Below, piece after piece: positions 26,511 through 38,021 of a stretch of 64,000 nucleotides of DNA. Location of the stretch: NCBI RefSeq assembly GCF_006345805.1, contig NC_043006.1:23436001-23500000 (forward strand), in the 5' to 3' direction. Each line of letters begins with the position of its first letter. Within the stretch, counting starts at the first letter, position 1. The stretch comes from Octopus sinensis. Its lineage: Eukaryota. The position numbers were made by a program, and so were the translations under genes. The notes beneath the pieces were generated by a model. It had not been told where the DNA came from. It worked only from the letters and a program-made list of their open reading frames with translations, and did no database searches.

Positions 26511-27014
26511 AAATTTTATCCGTAGCTGCAATATTTTAAGTAAAAATTTTCTCGTTCTGTACTTTACCAGATGTAATAAGCTGTCCTGACCTTTTCCAAG
26601 TGTAAGAACTTGTCCTGTAATTTTCCAGGTTTATAATCTTAGGAATATTATTTCTCTTGCTCGCATTTTCCATGTAACACACACACACACACACACACAC
26701 AGCTGTCAGATATGATATAATTATATATTATATTTTATATTTTATATTTTATATTTCTATTTCCTTGTCTAATTATATTTACAATATATTTTGTATAATG
26801 CCTTTGCTGTTATGTAATGGTGTAATAAAGTATTGATTGGGTATCATCTGATGGTTGATGTTTGATTGATTTAAGTATGTTTCTCCATTTTCTAATTTTG
26901 TAATATATATATATATATATATATACATATGCATATATATGTGTGTATGTACGTATGTATGTACATACACATATGTACATAAATAAATGATTAGAAAGTT
27001 AATGTGTATGCGTG

Positions 27015-27065
<51 letters not shown>

Positions 27066-27305
27066 ATAACACAATGCAAAGTTGCTTGATAACTTGAAAT
27101 AATGACAAGGAATGAAATATAAAAAAATGCACAGGGACTCGCTCTGCATTAAAAGTAAGTAGCGAAGGACCACCTGGACACAGGAGCAGCATAGTGTACT
27201 GAGGCAACAGATTTAGTTTCTTTGGGTCGCCTGCTTCTATAATTCGGAATCATCCAAATTGGCTACATTACTCTATCACCATTCTAAATACATAATCCCT
27301 CCCTT

Positions 27306-27342
<37 letters not shown>

Positions 27343-27599
27343 CTCTCTCTGTATTTTTCTCTCTCCCTCTCTCTCCCTCTCTCTCCCTCTCTCTCCCTCT
27401 ATATCTTTCTCTCTCTCTCTTTCTTCTCTCCACCCACTCGGTCAGTTTTGCTTTCCAGATCTCAGGAATCAATAAACTAAGCACAAGTCAAGTATTGCGT
27501 GATGGATCTCATCGATAATAACCAACCCCCGCTTTCCTATCCCCCCCTTCAAATTAGTTTAGTTTAGTATTAACTATTAGTAATCGTTATTAATGGAGA

Positions 27600-29560
27600 A
27601 TGAGAGTGGCAGAATCGTTAGAGCGTTGGACAAAACACGTTGCGGTATTTCTTCCGGTTGCCTTCGCTTTGAGTTCAAATGCCGCCGAGGTCAACTTATC
27701 CTTTCATCCTTAAGCATTCAATAAAAATGAATTCTTACTCAAATACTGGATCGATGCAATTTTCTTACCAGAGAGCTACGCCAACACCGCAGGGTGAGGT
27801 GGGGGTGCAATTTTTGTCTTTCATCCTTGCGTCATTGATGAAATAAAGTCCCAGTCAAGTGCCAGTGGCGATTGAATGGATTAAACCCAATTCCACCCCG
27901 AAATCTTTAAAAATATCTTAGAACTTTTATAGGCGCAGATGTTGAAGATTTCTAACTCCCCTTCCTCTCCTTCAACCTCTCAAAGCTCTTCTCATGTATT
28001 TTGTGCCTCGTGACTCGTGTCTTGTCTTTTCTGTCTCGTGTCTCGTGTGTAGTCAAGAAACCAAGTGGTTTCGGGTTTGGTCCCATTGCGTGACACCTTT
28101 GTCAAGTGTCTTCTATTGTAGCCTCAGGCCGACCAATGCTTCGTGAATGGTGGGCGGAAACTGTGTTGAAGCCTGTCGCATTGTGTTGTGTTTGTCACTC
28201 CCACCGACGCCACTTGACAATGAGTATTGGTTTGTTTATGTTCCTATCCTTTAGCGATTCAACAATAGAGACTGACAGAATAAGTACCAGACATATAAAA
28301 ACAAAAACAGAAGTCCTGGGGTAGATTTGTTCGACTAAAACCTTTCAAGGCAGTGCCTCAGCATGGCCTCAGTGCAATGATTGGAACAAGTGAAAAGTAA
28401 AAGATTCAAGGCGGCCAATTAGCAGAACCATTAACGGCGGACAAAATACATTGTGGCATTTAGATACGACTCTTTACGTTTTAAGTTTAAATTTCACAGA
28501 GTAAGAGTCGACTTTACTCTTCATCCATTCGGGGTCGCTAAAAAATAAATCACCAATTCAAGTACTGGAAGCGATTTAATCCGCAAGAGCCCCTCGCCAA
28601 AAAACCGCTGGCCTTGCGCCTGAAAAGCTATTCTTATTACGCGACGATTAAGGCATTGAACAGGATTTTATGGTGAGGGAGACAGTCGATCACATCGACC
28701 CCAGTACTCAACTAATACTTAATTTATCGACCCCCAAAGGATGAAAGGCAAAGTTGATCTCGGCGGAATTTGAACTTAGAACGTAGTGACGGGTGAAATA
28801 CCGCTAAGCATTTCACCCGGCGTGCTAACGTTTTTTATTTCTTTACTGCCCACAATGAGCTACAGACACAGGGGACAAACAAGAACAGACAAACGGATTA
28901 AGTCGATTATATCGACCCCAGTGCGTAACCGGTACTTTTTTAATCGACCCCGAAAGGATGAAAGGCGGAATTTGAACTCAGAACATAGCGGCAGACGAAA
29001 TATCGCAAAGCATTTCGCCCGGCGTCCTAATGATTTTGCCAGCTTGCCACCGTTGAGCTGGCAGAATTGTTAGCACGCCAGACAAAATTGTTTAACAGTA
29101 TTTCGTTTGTCTTTACGTTCTGAGTTCAAATTCCGCCGAGGTTGACTCTGCCATTCATCTTTTCGGGGTCGATAAATTAAGTTCCATTTGCGTACTGGGG
29201 TCATCTAATCGAATGGCCTCCTCCCCCAAAATTTCGGGCCTTGTACCTAGAGTAGAAAATAATCGTCAGCTCGCCAGACAAAAATGCGTTGCGGCATTCC
29301 GTCAGGCTTTATGTTCTGAGTTCGAATTCCACTTAGGTCGATTTGCTTTTCATCCTTTCAGGGTCGATAAATTAAGTACCAGAGCCCTGGGGGTCAATGT
29401 ATTCGATAAACATCCTCCCGCAAATACTTCATGTCGTGTGCCTATAGAAGAAAGCCGAGGTCGACTTTGCCTTTCATCCTTTCGGGGTCGATAAATTAAT
29501 CGACTTAATACCTATGTCTGTCCTTGTTTGTCCCCTCTGTGTTTAGCCCCTTGTGGGCAG
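27600..29560. mobile_element. Cluster of degenerate SINEs (families 1 and 3, both strands)
   Basis: Family-1 cores near 27600 (+), 28395 (+), 28675-29045 (-) and 29050-29560 (+); family 3 at 27930-28400 (+). Confidence 0.75.
27939..28050. other. Chimeric satellite fragment (inverted C plus direct D) inside a SINE head
   Basis: 27939-27988 is the exact reverse complement of 25109-25158; 27993-28050 resembles D near 26143. Confidence 0.88.
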
Positions 29561-30408
29561 TAAAGAAATATATAATGGGTAGGATTGGTGGGATTGTTTG
29601 GGAGTCGGTCAAAATAACTGTAACTGATTCAGCTGTTTTATGTTTTCAGTTCAAATTAGCTTTTGATTTTTCCCCCCTCGAATCAATAGAATTAAGATCA
29701 GTCAATTACTGACTTCGATTTAGTCGATTGTGAAGAGGCGTGGCTTAGTGGTCAGACTGCCGCAATCAAGATTCTAAGATAGTAGTTTAGGTTCCCGGAA
29801 CGGACAGAGCATTGATTTGTATGGGGACCTCATGGGTCTGGGAGCCCAGTTCTAATCTATGAATATTGTGACTTGTTAAATAAATAATACAGGACCGAGT
29901 GATATGGCGATTGCTAAGCCTTCTTAGACGATTGCCGTCTTTTTGTGCTTCCTCGTTGTCATTGGCATTTCTGACTTTCCATCCATGACTTCTCAGATAA
30001 CTATTCAGTCCTGTGCAGATCCGCATGGTTTGAAACATAGGTGAGAGACGAAAGTTATATCTTTCAGTGCACTTCCAACTGGTTCAGTCTACACGTGTCT
30101 TCACTCTTCACTCTTTACTCTTCACTCTTCCATCGCCAGAGGACTTTCAGCTGAAGGGATGACAAACGAGGTCACCATAAAGTTACATTTGTAGGTCACT
30201 GTATAATAGTGATAAATGCTTGTACAACACGAGTGTCACGCTCTGAGTCCCTATGACGCATGTCCAGTGACGGGGTCGAAGCGGAGTTGACTAGTAATCA
30301 TGTGAAACCACAGATTTTGCATCAGTGTCCCCTTCCTAGAAGGATGCTGGAACTCCTGGACCAGAGCCTCGCTACCCGATGCAGTTTGCAGTCACACCCA
30401 GGACATAT

Positions 30409-30439
<31 letters not shown>

Positions 30440-30821
30440 CGTGTGTGTGCGCATGTGCGATAGGCTGAAACATTTGCATATATGTACTGTTTATACATTT
30501 GCGCGTGTTTGTGTTCACGCTTATTTGCACCGACACAAAGAGTAAGAAACATGACAAGGCTACAGAAAAAGAAAGAAAGAAGGAAAGGGAGAAAGAAAGA
30601 GAAGCAAACGTTGCAAAATTAATACAAAAAAAAACCAAGAAAGTAAACAATACACCTGTAATCAATAAAAACGAACGAGAGTGAAGATTGGAGTAACTCC
30701 TCGATATCGAACCGACAACCAGTCAACTAATTAACAAGTTACGTCATCCAAAAAAACACATATATACAATACACATGTGTGCGTATGTGAATATACGTGT
30801 GTGTGTGTGTGTGTAATTATG

Positions 30822-30917
<96 letters not shown>

Positions 30918-30949
30918 TCTTTATTTGTATATGTTTCTTTATATATATA

Positions 30950-32595
30950 TCTCTTATTATAAAAGGCAGATTTTATCTGCCTCCCTTTGTATCTTATAGA
31001 AATCTACAATATAGGATTTCTTCAATTACAATTTACCTAGCATTTTTATGAGTAGAATGCATCGGGTCGTGCCAGGTCCAGTTTTTAAAATTTCAACCCC
31101 AATTAAGCAAAATTTAGAGAAAACTCACATTGTGGTGTATAAGTCAAATGCTTTTCTTAGTGTGGCCTACACCACACGCGCACACACAGTGTGCAACGAA
31201 TAAAGTGAAAGTAATTCACTTTTTGTAGTGAGTGACTCTTTCACTCTGCCACTTCCTCTTTACACACATAGACACGCAAATATATAAATAAAATTGTAAG
31301 CTAACGTGTGTGTGTGCGTGTGTGTGAGTGTGTGTGTGTGTGCGTGTGTGTGTGTGTGAGGGTGCGTGTGTGTGTGTGTGTGCGTGAGTGTGTGACAGGA
31401 AAGTTTTTTAGGACGAATATAAGATCTAAAGTATATACAAGTAGCAGAAAGATCGCCCAAAAGTGTATATAGATCTTTAAATGTATTTATATATTCATCT
31501 ATACACAGATGTATGTATAATGTGTGTGTATATATTTCCATACACGTAACCATTCACTCCGCACAAAGTTTTTTAGGACGAAAATAAGATCTAAAGTTAT
31601 CTCTAAGTAGCACAAAGATCGCCCAAAAGTGTATATAGATATATAAATGTATTTATATATTCATCTATGCACACATGTATGTATAACGTGTGTGTATATA
31701 TTTCCATAGAGGTAACCATTCACTCCATACAAAGTTTTTTAGGACGAAAATATTTATATATAAAAGAAAGGTTGTGCGTCTGTCTACTCCGATTTAGATT
31801 CCTAACTACTCCCACATTTTGCGATGCAGTTTAACCAAAACCGGGTATCTTATAGTCGTGATTCATATCGAGCCCTTCTGGGTATTAGCGCGCGTCTACG
31901 ATGAGTCTATGATTTTACAAATAATTTACCATCATTTTTTTTCCATTTTAATGCATATTTTTTTAATAAAGGGAAGTAACTCTCAAACTTCACACCAATA
32001 TGCGTGCTCATATGCGACGTAATATCACATCAGCAGCATTTCCTCACACCCTCCTTGCACTTGGCGAAGACAAAATACCAGGGGATGAAAATGGTAATAT
32101 TGCCATCGATTCCATTTGTACCATTGTTAAGACGCCTTCTGATCTCAGAGATGCAGTGTTCCCAGATCTACAAGCTAATTATCAGAATATGGATTGGATT
32201 GGCAAAAAGGCTATACTGGCCCCGAGGAATAAAACTGTTCACCATATTAATGATGAAATGCTAAAACTCATTCCTGGGGAAGTCTATGTATATCAGTCTA
32301 TCGATACAACTCCTGACCCAGAGGACGTCATCAACTATCCAATAGAGGTACTCAATTCTTTGAGCACCCCGGACTACCACCACACTTTCTCAAACTTAAA
32401 GTTGGTGCCCCTATAATGCTCATCAGAAATTGGTTTCCCCAAAACAATGCAATGGCACACGTTTGATCGTTAAGTCCTTATCTCCCACCGTAAGCTTATA
32501 TCAATATTTGCCTGAATAATCATCATAATTCAGTGCAATCATTAACAGTACTTTCAAGCAATTCAGCCCCGAGCAACGCCGGGCAATTCTGCTAG
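30950..32595 (+). mobile_element. Composite Helitron with a PIF1-like helicase fragment
   Basis: 5' TC at 30950; second 5' module at ~31750 that matches the 300-bp family; 3' cccgagcaacgccggg..CTAG|T. Confidence 0.85.
32000..32490 (+). pseudogene. Helitron RepHel helicase fragment
   Basis: AILAPRNKTVHHIN..YQSIDT..YPIEVLNSL, then frameshifted LKLKVGAPIMLIRN..NGTRLIVKSL motifs. Confidence 0.85.
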
Positions 32596-32684
<89 letters not shown>

Positions 32685-32831
32685 TGGTTGTATACTGTCA
32701 ACATAACGTGACAGTCCCGTAAGGGAATTACACCACCGCTGTTTAGCCCTAGGAAGCATCGACGCTTCCTCTCGGCTTTGACACATTTCCTGTGTCCTTA
32801 TATTTGCCAGGGGGGGGGCAAGCACCCCCAC

Positions 32832-32912
32832 CAGCTAGGATTCACACCTGAAGACATACATGTTTCTGGGTCTTACCCGTCATCAGTCCAGGATAGTGAG
32901 TCCTGCTAGCTG
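32832..32912 (-). ncRNA. Type I hammerhead ribozyme
   Basis: Minus strand: stem I ccugga/uucagg extended by ggacucac/gugaaucc and cagcua/uagcug; CUGAUGA; stem II GGGU-AAG-ACCC; GAAA; stem III ACA-UGUA-UGU; GUC cleavage triplet. The only defect is a C.A pair at 10.1-11.1. Confidence 0.85.
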
Positions 32913-33025
32913 AGATGCCTGTCTAGCCTTCGCATATACCTACATACATATATATATACATACATTCATACATACATACATACATACATACATACATACA
33001 TACATACATAGATACATACATACAT

Positions 33026-33063
<38 letters not shown>

Positions 33064-33079
33064 GTGCACGCCCATGCAC

Positions 33080-33330
33080 ACATACCGGTTGCTACGACCT
33101 AGTCTGCAACAATTTTATCGAGAACGATAAAAAGAAAGTAAAAAAAAAAAACCTCCGCCATAACCCACCTCGTCATACTTAGTGAAGAAAGCGGCGGAAG
33201 CGGCGGTAGAGTCGCCTGCAACTATTTTCTTGTCGTCTGCTCACATAGGTGCAATCAGTCAATTTGTCTGTCAGTCACTCTAGGAAATATATAACCCAGC
33301 AGCAGACATTTTTTTTACGATCTCTCGCCT
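33080..33330. promoter_or_regulatory. Unique CpG-richer island with ETS-like gcggaagc motif (possible promoter or enhancer)
   Basis: Motif content only; no transcript evidence. Confidence 0.2.
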
Positions 33331-33660
33331 CATGTACAACTTAATACACACACACATATACACACATTAAATATACATATATATAATATATATATATATA
33401 TATGTATATATATGAAAGCAGTTGACACCGTCGTCTTCCATCTGCCATTTCGCGTATATATGTATGTATGTATGTGTGTCATCTCTTCGTTTGATTATTT
33501 TTTTCTTCCTGTTGGTTTCTTCTTTACTTATAGGGAGTTTTGAAAGATTTTCTCACCTTTTTATATTTTCTCTTTCCGTTCTTTCTCTTGTTTCTCAAAC
33601 TTAATTTGTGTTTAGAGTCAACTTATTAACCTATCTATCCATCCATCTATCTACCTATTC

Positions 33661-33707
<47 letters not shown>

Positions 33708-34089
33708 CGCACATACATGCACATCTCCGTTCCTCTTATACTTACATAAACACATACATACATACATACATACACACACGCATGTACATATACATATAGA
33801 TATATATATATATAGATATATATATTTATATTATATTTACATAAGCATAAGTCCTTCTTCTTCACCCGTCACGTTACGTGAAAAAGCTACGAAGCCTTAC
33901 TACCACCACCACCATCATCATCATCGTTACCAATATTAACAACGACGTCGACCAAAAAGATCCCGGGATTTACACGAAGACCAAGTTAACATGCAGTTTA
34001 GGTATTATCATTATCTTTATTATTATAATTGTTGTTGTTGATGATGATGATGATGTTGTTGTTGATGTTGTTGTTGTTATTATTAAGAT

Positions 34090-34810
34090 CCCAGCTGGCA
34101 GAATCGTTACCGCGCCGGACAAAAAGCTTAGCAGCATTTCGTCCGTCTTTACGTTCTGAGTTCAAATTACGCCGGGGTCAACTTTGCCTTCCATCATTTC
34201 GGGGCCGATAAAATAAGCACCAGTTGAGTACAGGGGCGGATCGATGTAATCGATTTGTACTTCCCTCAGAATTGCTAACCTTGGGCCAAAATCTGAAACT
34301 ATTATTATTATTGTTGAAGTTTCGGAATAGCTGCCCCTGCAAGTCCCAAGCCTCGTGAGAAAGAACAGAAGTAGTCTTGTTCCTCTCTTTTTTACTTTCA
34401 TTTCTTTGTATTCCTCTTTCATCCAACAGAAGTTATGCTTGTGGAAAACTATTTCTCCAAAAATTTTCAAGGTTTTGTTTCAAGATTTTGTTATTGTTTC
34501 GTTGTTACGTTTTTGACCAACCCCAGCAAATAAGCTGTTTTCCTTTCCCATGAGACTTCGGCAGACAACTTTAGCAAAATCCGGCTTTTCATTTTTATTT
34601 TCTGGGAAGAATCGTTAGCATGCCGGACAAAATGTTTAACGGTAATTCTTCCGACTCATGACATTCTGAATTCAAATTCCGCTGAGGTCAACTTAGCCTT
34701 TCATTCTTTCGGAGTCGATAAAATAAATACCAGCTAAGCACTGAGGTCAATGTAATCGACTCACCGCCTCTTCCAAAATTTCAGGCATCCATCTTATTGT
34801 AGAAAGGATT
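34090..34810 (+). mobile_element. Two degenerate SINE family-1 copies (34090-34300 and 34605-34810)
   Basis: Family-1 core motifs. Confidence 0.75.
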
Positions 34811-34830
34811 ATTATTATTATTATTATTAT

Positions 34831-35386
34831 TGAGTGAGAGAGCAGTTCATGCCATCAGAGTGACACTGGGGTAAAATATAAGAAGCCCAATATACCCATC
34901 TTGACTACCCGTCTGATAAGGGTACACCAGGCACATGCATCACAACCATACGTGCGCGACATGGTGATCTCATATCAAGATAAACAGCACATGACCTTAC
35001 AGGTGGGGCCCAGTTAGAATTTTCTTCAGGTTGAGTAGCCCATCCCGCTCAAAAGGTCCCTGAATAAGGGTTGTTTAAGGATGTTGAAAGAACCACCCAT
35101 GTTTCCAGAGGTGAATTATTCAAACCCCAAACAATCCCTCTCAACACATGGCTATGATGCTCCCCCACTACTTCTGCTCGTGATCAGAGATGCACATAAC
35201 GTCAGCCACTAAGGGACATGCTCAACTGGTTAAGGTCAAACAACTGACAAGCAAATCTGTGGTATTGAGCAGGATATTTGCTGTAGCCCATCTTTTATAC
35301 CAAGACAAAACAATGTACATGATAACACTTCCAATCAGTTAAGATCAGAAGCCATGAGAGCTACTACCTGGTACTGCATCAGGGCA
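34831..35386 (-). mobile_element. ~555-bp non-coding element X flanked by (TAA)n/(GAA)n
   Basis: Homologous copies at 41156-41491 and 41937-42441. Orientation is inferred from the TAA tail. Confidence 0.75.
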
Positions 35387-35409
35387 TTATTCTTCTTCTT
35401 CTTCTTCTT

Positions 35410-35440
<31 letters not shown>

Positions 35441-35478
35441 TTATTATTATTATTATTATATTATTATTATTATTATTA

Positions 35479-35511
<33 letters not shown>

Positions 35512-36448
35512 CATTCAGTAGTTTTATTTTTAAGACGTGCTTTCACTTCACTACTGAGCGCAGCTCTGTGTGCTTTGGGTATGTGCTGCGATTTGTTGTG
35601 ATGCTCTGATGGTTACTGTATTGAAAGTGTTCTGCGTAGGATGTTTACAGTGCCTAGTAGTGCAATTTTCTGTATGTTATATGTGTTTGTAAGTCCTGGT
35701 GTTTTTCTTATTTATTTGTCTGAATATTTTTTTATCAAACCTAATGCACCTACTATGATAGGAATTGTTTCTGTTTTTAGATTCCACATTCTAGTTACCT
35801 CTATTTCCAGGTCATTGTATTTTGAAAGTTTTTCCATTTCTTTTAGAGTCACGTTGTCATCTGCTGGTATTGATACATCAATTAGAAAGCATTTTTTTCT
35901 TCCTGATCTCTGACAACTATATCTGGTCTGTTGGCCTTAATTTCTCTATCTGTGTGTATTGGCATATCCCAGAGTATGGTTGCTTTCTCGTTTTCTGTGA
36001 CCTTTTCTGGTGTGTGCCTATACCATCTTTTTTCTGTTGTTATTCCATAATGTTGGCATAGCTTCCAGTGTATGTAGGTCCCAACTCTGTCGTGTCTGTG
36101 AATATATTCTTTCTTAGCCAGGACTGGGCAGCCAGAGATAATATGATTTATTGTTTCTTGTCCATCTCCACATATTCTGCGGTTACTTATATTTCTTTTC
36201 ATTATATATTTTTGGTAATTTCTGGTGGGGAGGCTTTGGTCTTGTGCTACAATTAAAAATCCCTCTGTCTCTGCTTTGAGTGCTGAGCTTCTCAACCACT
36301 GCTGGGATTTTTCTTTGTCTATTTCTTTTGTATTTTGTTTAACCCAGTACTTGCCATGAAGGGGCTTTTCTTGCCATCGTTTGATCATGGTCTGTTGCTG
36401 TTCTAGTTTTAGTTTTGATTTCATTTGCTTTATAGCTTTTGTTGTCTT

Positions 36449-36580
36449 TTCTTCTTCTTCTTCTTCTTCTTCTTCTTCTTCTTCTTCTTCTTCTTCTTCT
36501 TCTTCTTCTTCTTCTTCTTCTTCTTCTTCTTCTTCTTCTTCTTCTTCTTCTTCTTCTTCTTCTTCTTCTTCTTCTTCTTC
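36449..36580. repeat. (GAA)44 inside the Dong RT
   Basis: 132-bp pure repeat; source of the poly-E, poly-R and poly-S ORFs. Confidence 0.97.
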
Positions 36581-38021
36581 CATATATAAAAGGTGGCTGA
36601 TCGTTTTGCTGTAACATTTATATCCGCATCCAGTTCTATTTAGCATATCAGATAGAGGTGACAGTGCCAAGCAGAAAAGGAGTGGAGAGAGCATGTCTCC
36701 CTGGAATATTCCTCTTCTAATGTGGATGGCTTTGGTTTTCACGAGTCCCTCTTTTGTTTGGAGCTGTAGCACTGTTTGCCATTTATTCATAGTATCCTAT
36801 GTATTTTATAATTGTTGGTGCTACTTTGTTAATGGCTAGTGTTTCGAGGATCCATGTGTGTGGGATGCTATCAAACGCCTTTCTGTAGTCGATCCAGGCC
36901 ATACTGAGGCCTTTCTTCTTTCTGTGGCTGTCTTCAGTTATGGCTTTATTGATCATTAGTTGAATTTACAGCCATATGAGCCTTTGCGGCATCCTTTCTG
37001 CTCTTCTGGAAACAGGTTGTTTTCGTCCAGTTGTTTGTTTAATCTTTGTGATATTACTGCAGTGAATGCTTTGTACATTGTAGGGAGACAGGTTATAGGT
37101 CTGTAGTTTTCTGGTTTTGCTGTCTCATTGAATTTGGGAATTAAGATGGTTTTTCCCCTTCGTGAGCCATTCAGGCATTGTCTCTGGCTCTGCCAGTATG
37201 TTGTTACAGTTTTCAGCCAGCTTTTTGTGCATTCCTGTCAGATATTTCAACCAGAAGTTGGGGATCTTGTCATGCCCAGGTGCCTTCCAGTTGCTTAGTC
37301 TTTGCAGTGCCTGGGTGACCTCTTCAAATGTTATGGGGGTCCAAAGTTGCTCAGATGCTGAGTTTGTTGCTTTAATACTCCTTTTTTTTTGTTGTTCTTT
37401 CGCCAACCATATTTCTTTCCATAATTCTTCCACTTCTTCAGCCGTTGGTGCTGCAGTGATGTCTATTTTATTTTTGCCAAGTTCTTGATAGCACTTTTGG
37501 GGGTTGGAGTTGAACTATTTGCTTTGTTCAAAGAAACGTTGGCGTTTCTCATACCGACGGATCCTTTGTGCTTTGGCAAGGATATCTTGCTTTAGCTTTT
37601 CTTTTATCTCAGGTAAATCTTTTTCTGTGTTGTTGTATTTGCACAGTATTTTTGTTTTCTTTTTGTGCTTAGTAGCGATGATTGTCTACTGGTTTCATTA
37701 AGAATCGACAGATCTTTTCTCATTAAAAACATTTTTTGGATGTTATTTATCCACAGGGTTTGTTTGGGTGCTGGTACTCCTGTTTGGTTGGGTTTGAGGG
37801 AATATACAGTATCTTTTGTGGCTGCGTTGGCTGCTGCATATACTAAGTCATTTAGCTCAGTGATATCGCTATTTGTTTCAGTGGCTATTAGTTCTGTGAC
37901 GGCTAGGTTTATGCTGTTTATAATTGATGTTGTTATTTTGTCTATTTTGATTTTGGGGAGGTATGGTCGGTGGTCCATTTTGAGATCTGTGTTTTTCAGT
38001 TCTTTGATTATTCTATGGTCG

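Noticed and set aside
15236-26525. Many ORFs in the satellite block (SPAISGNLRQ, KSFSKFSS, TRHESRD)
   Set aside because: They are by-products of tandem repeats, open in several frames, with frequent stops.
29997-30040. Candidate 44-nt plus-strand exon (ITIQSCADPHGLKH)
   Set aside because: Splice motifs only; no recognisable homology or phase-compatible neighbours.
35360-35386. Resemblance of the element X end (acctggtactgca) to U2 snRNA stem-loop IV
   Set aside because: Only about 12 nt of similarity, with no other U2 features.
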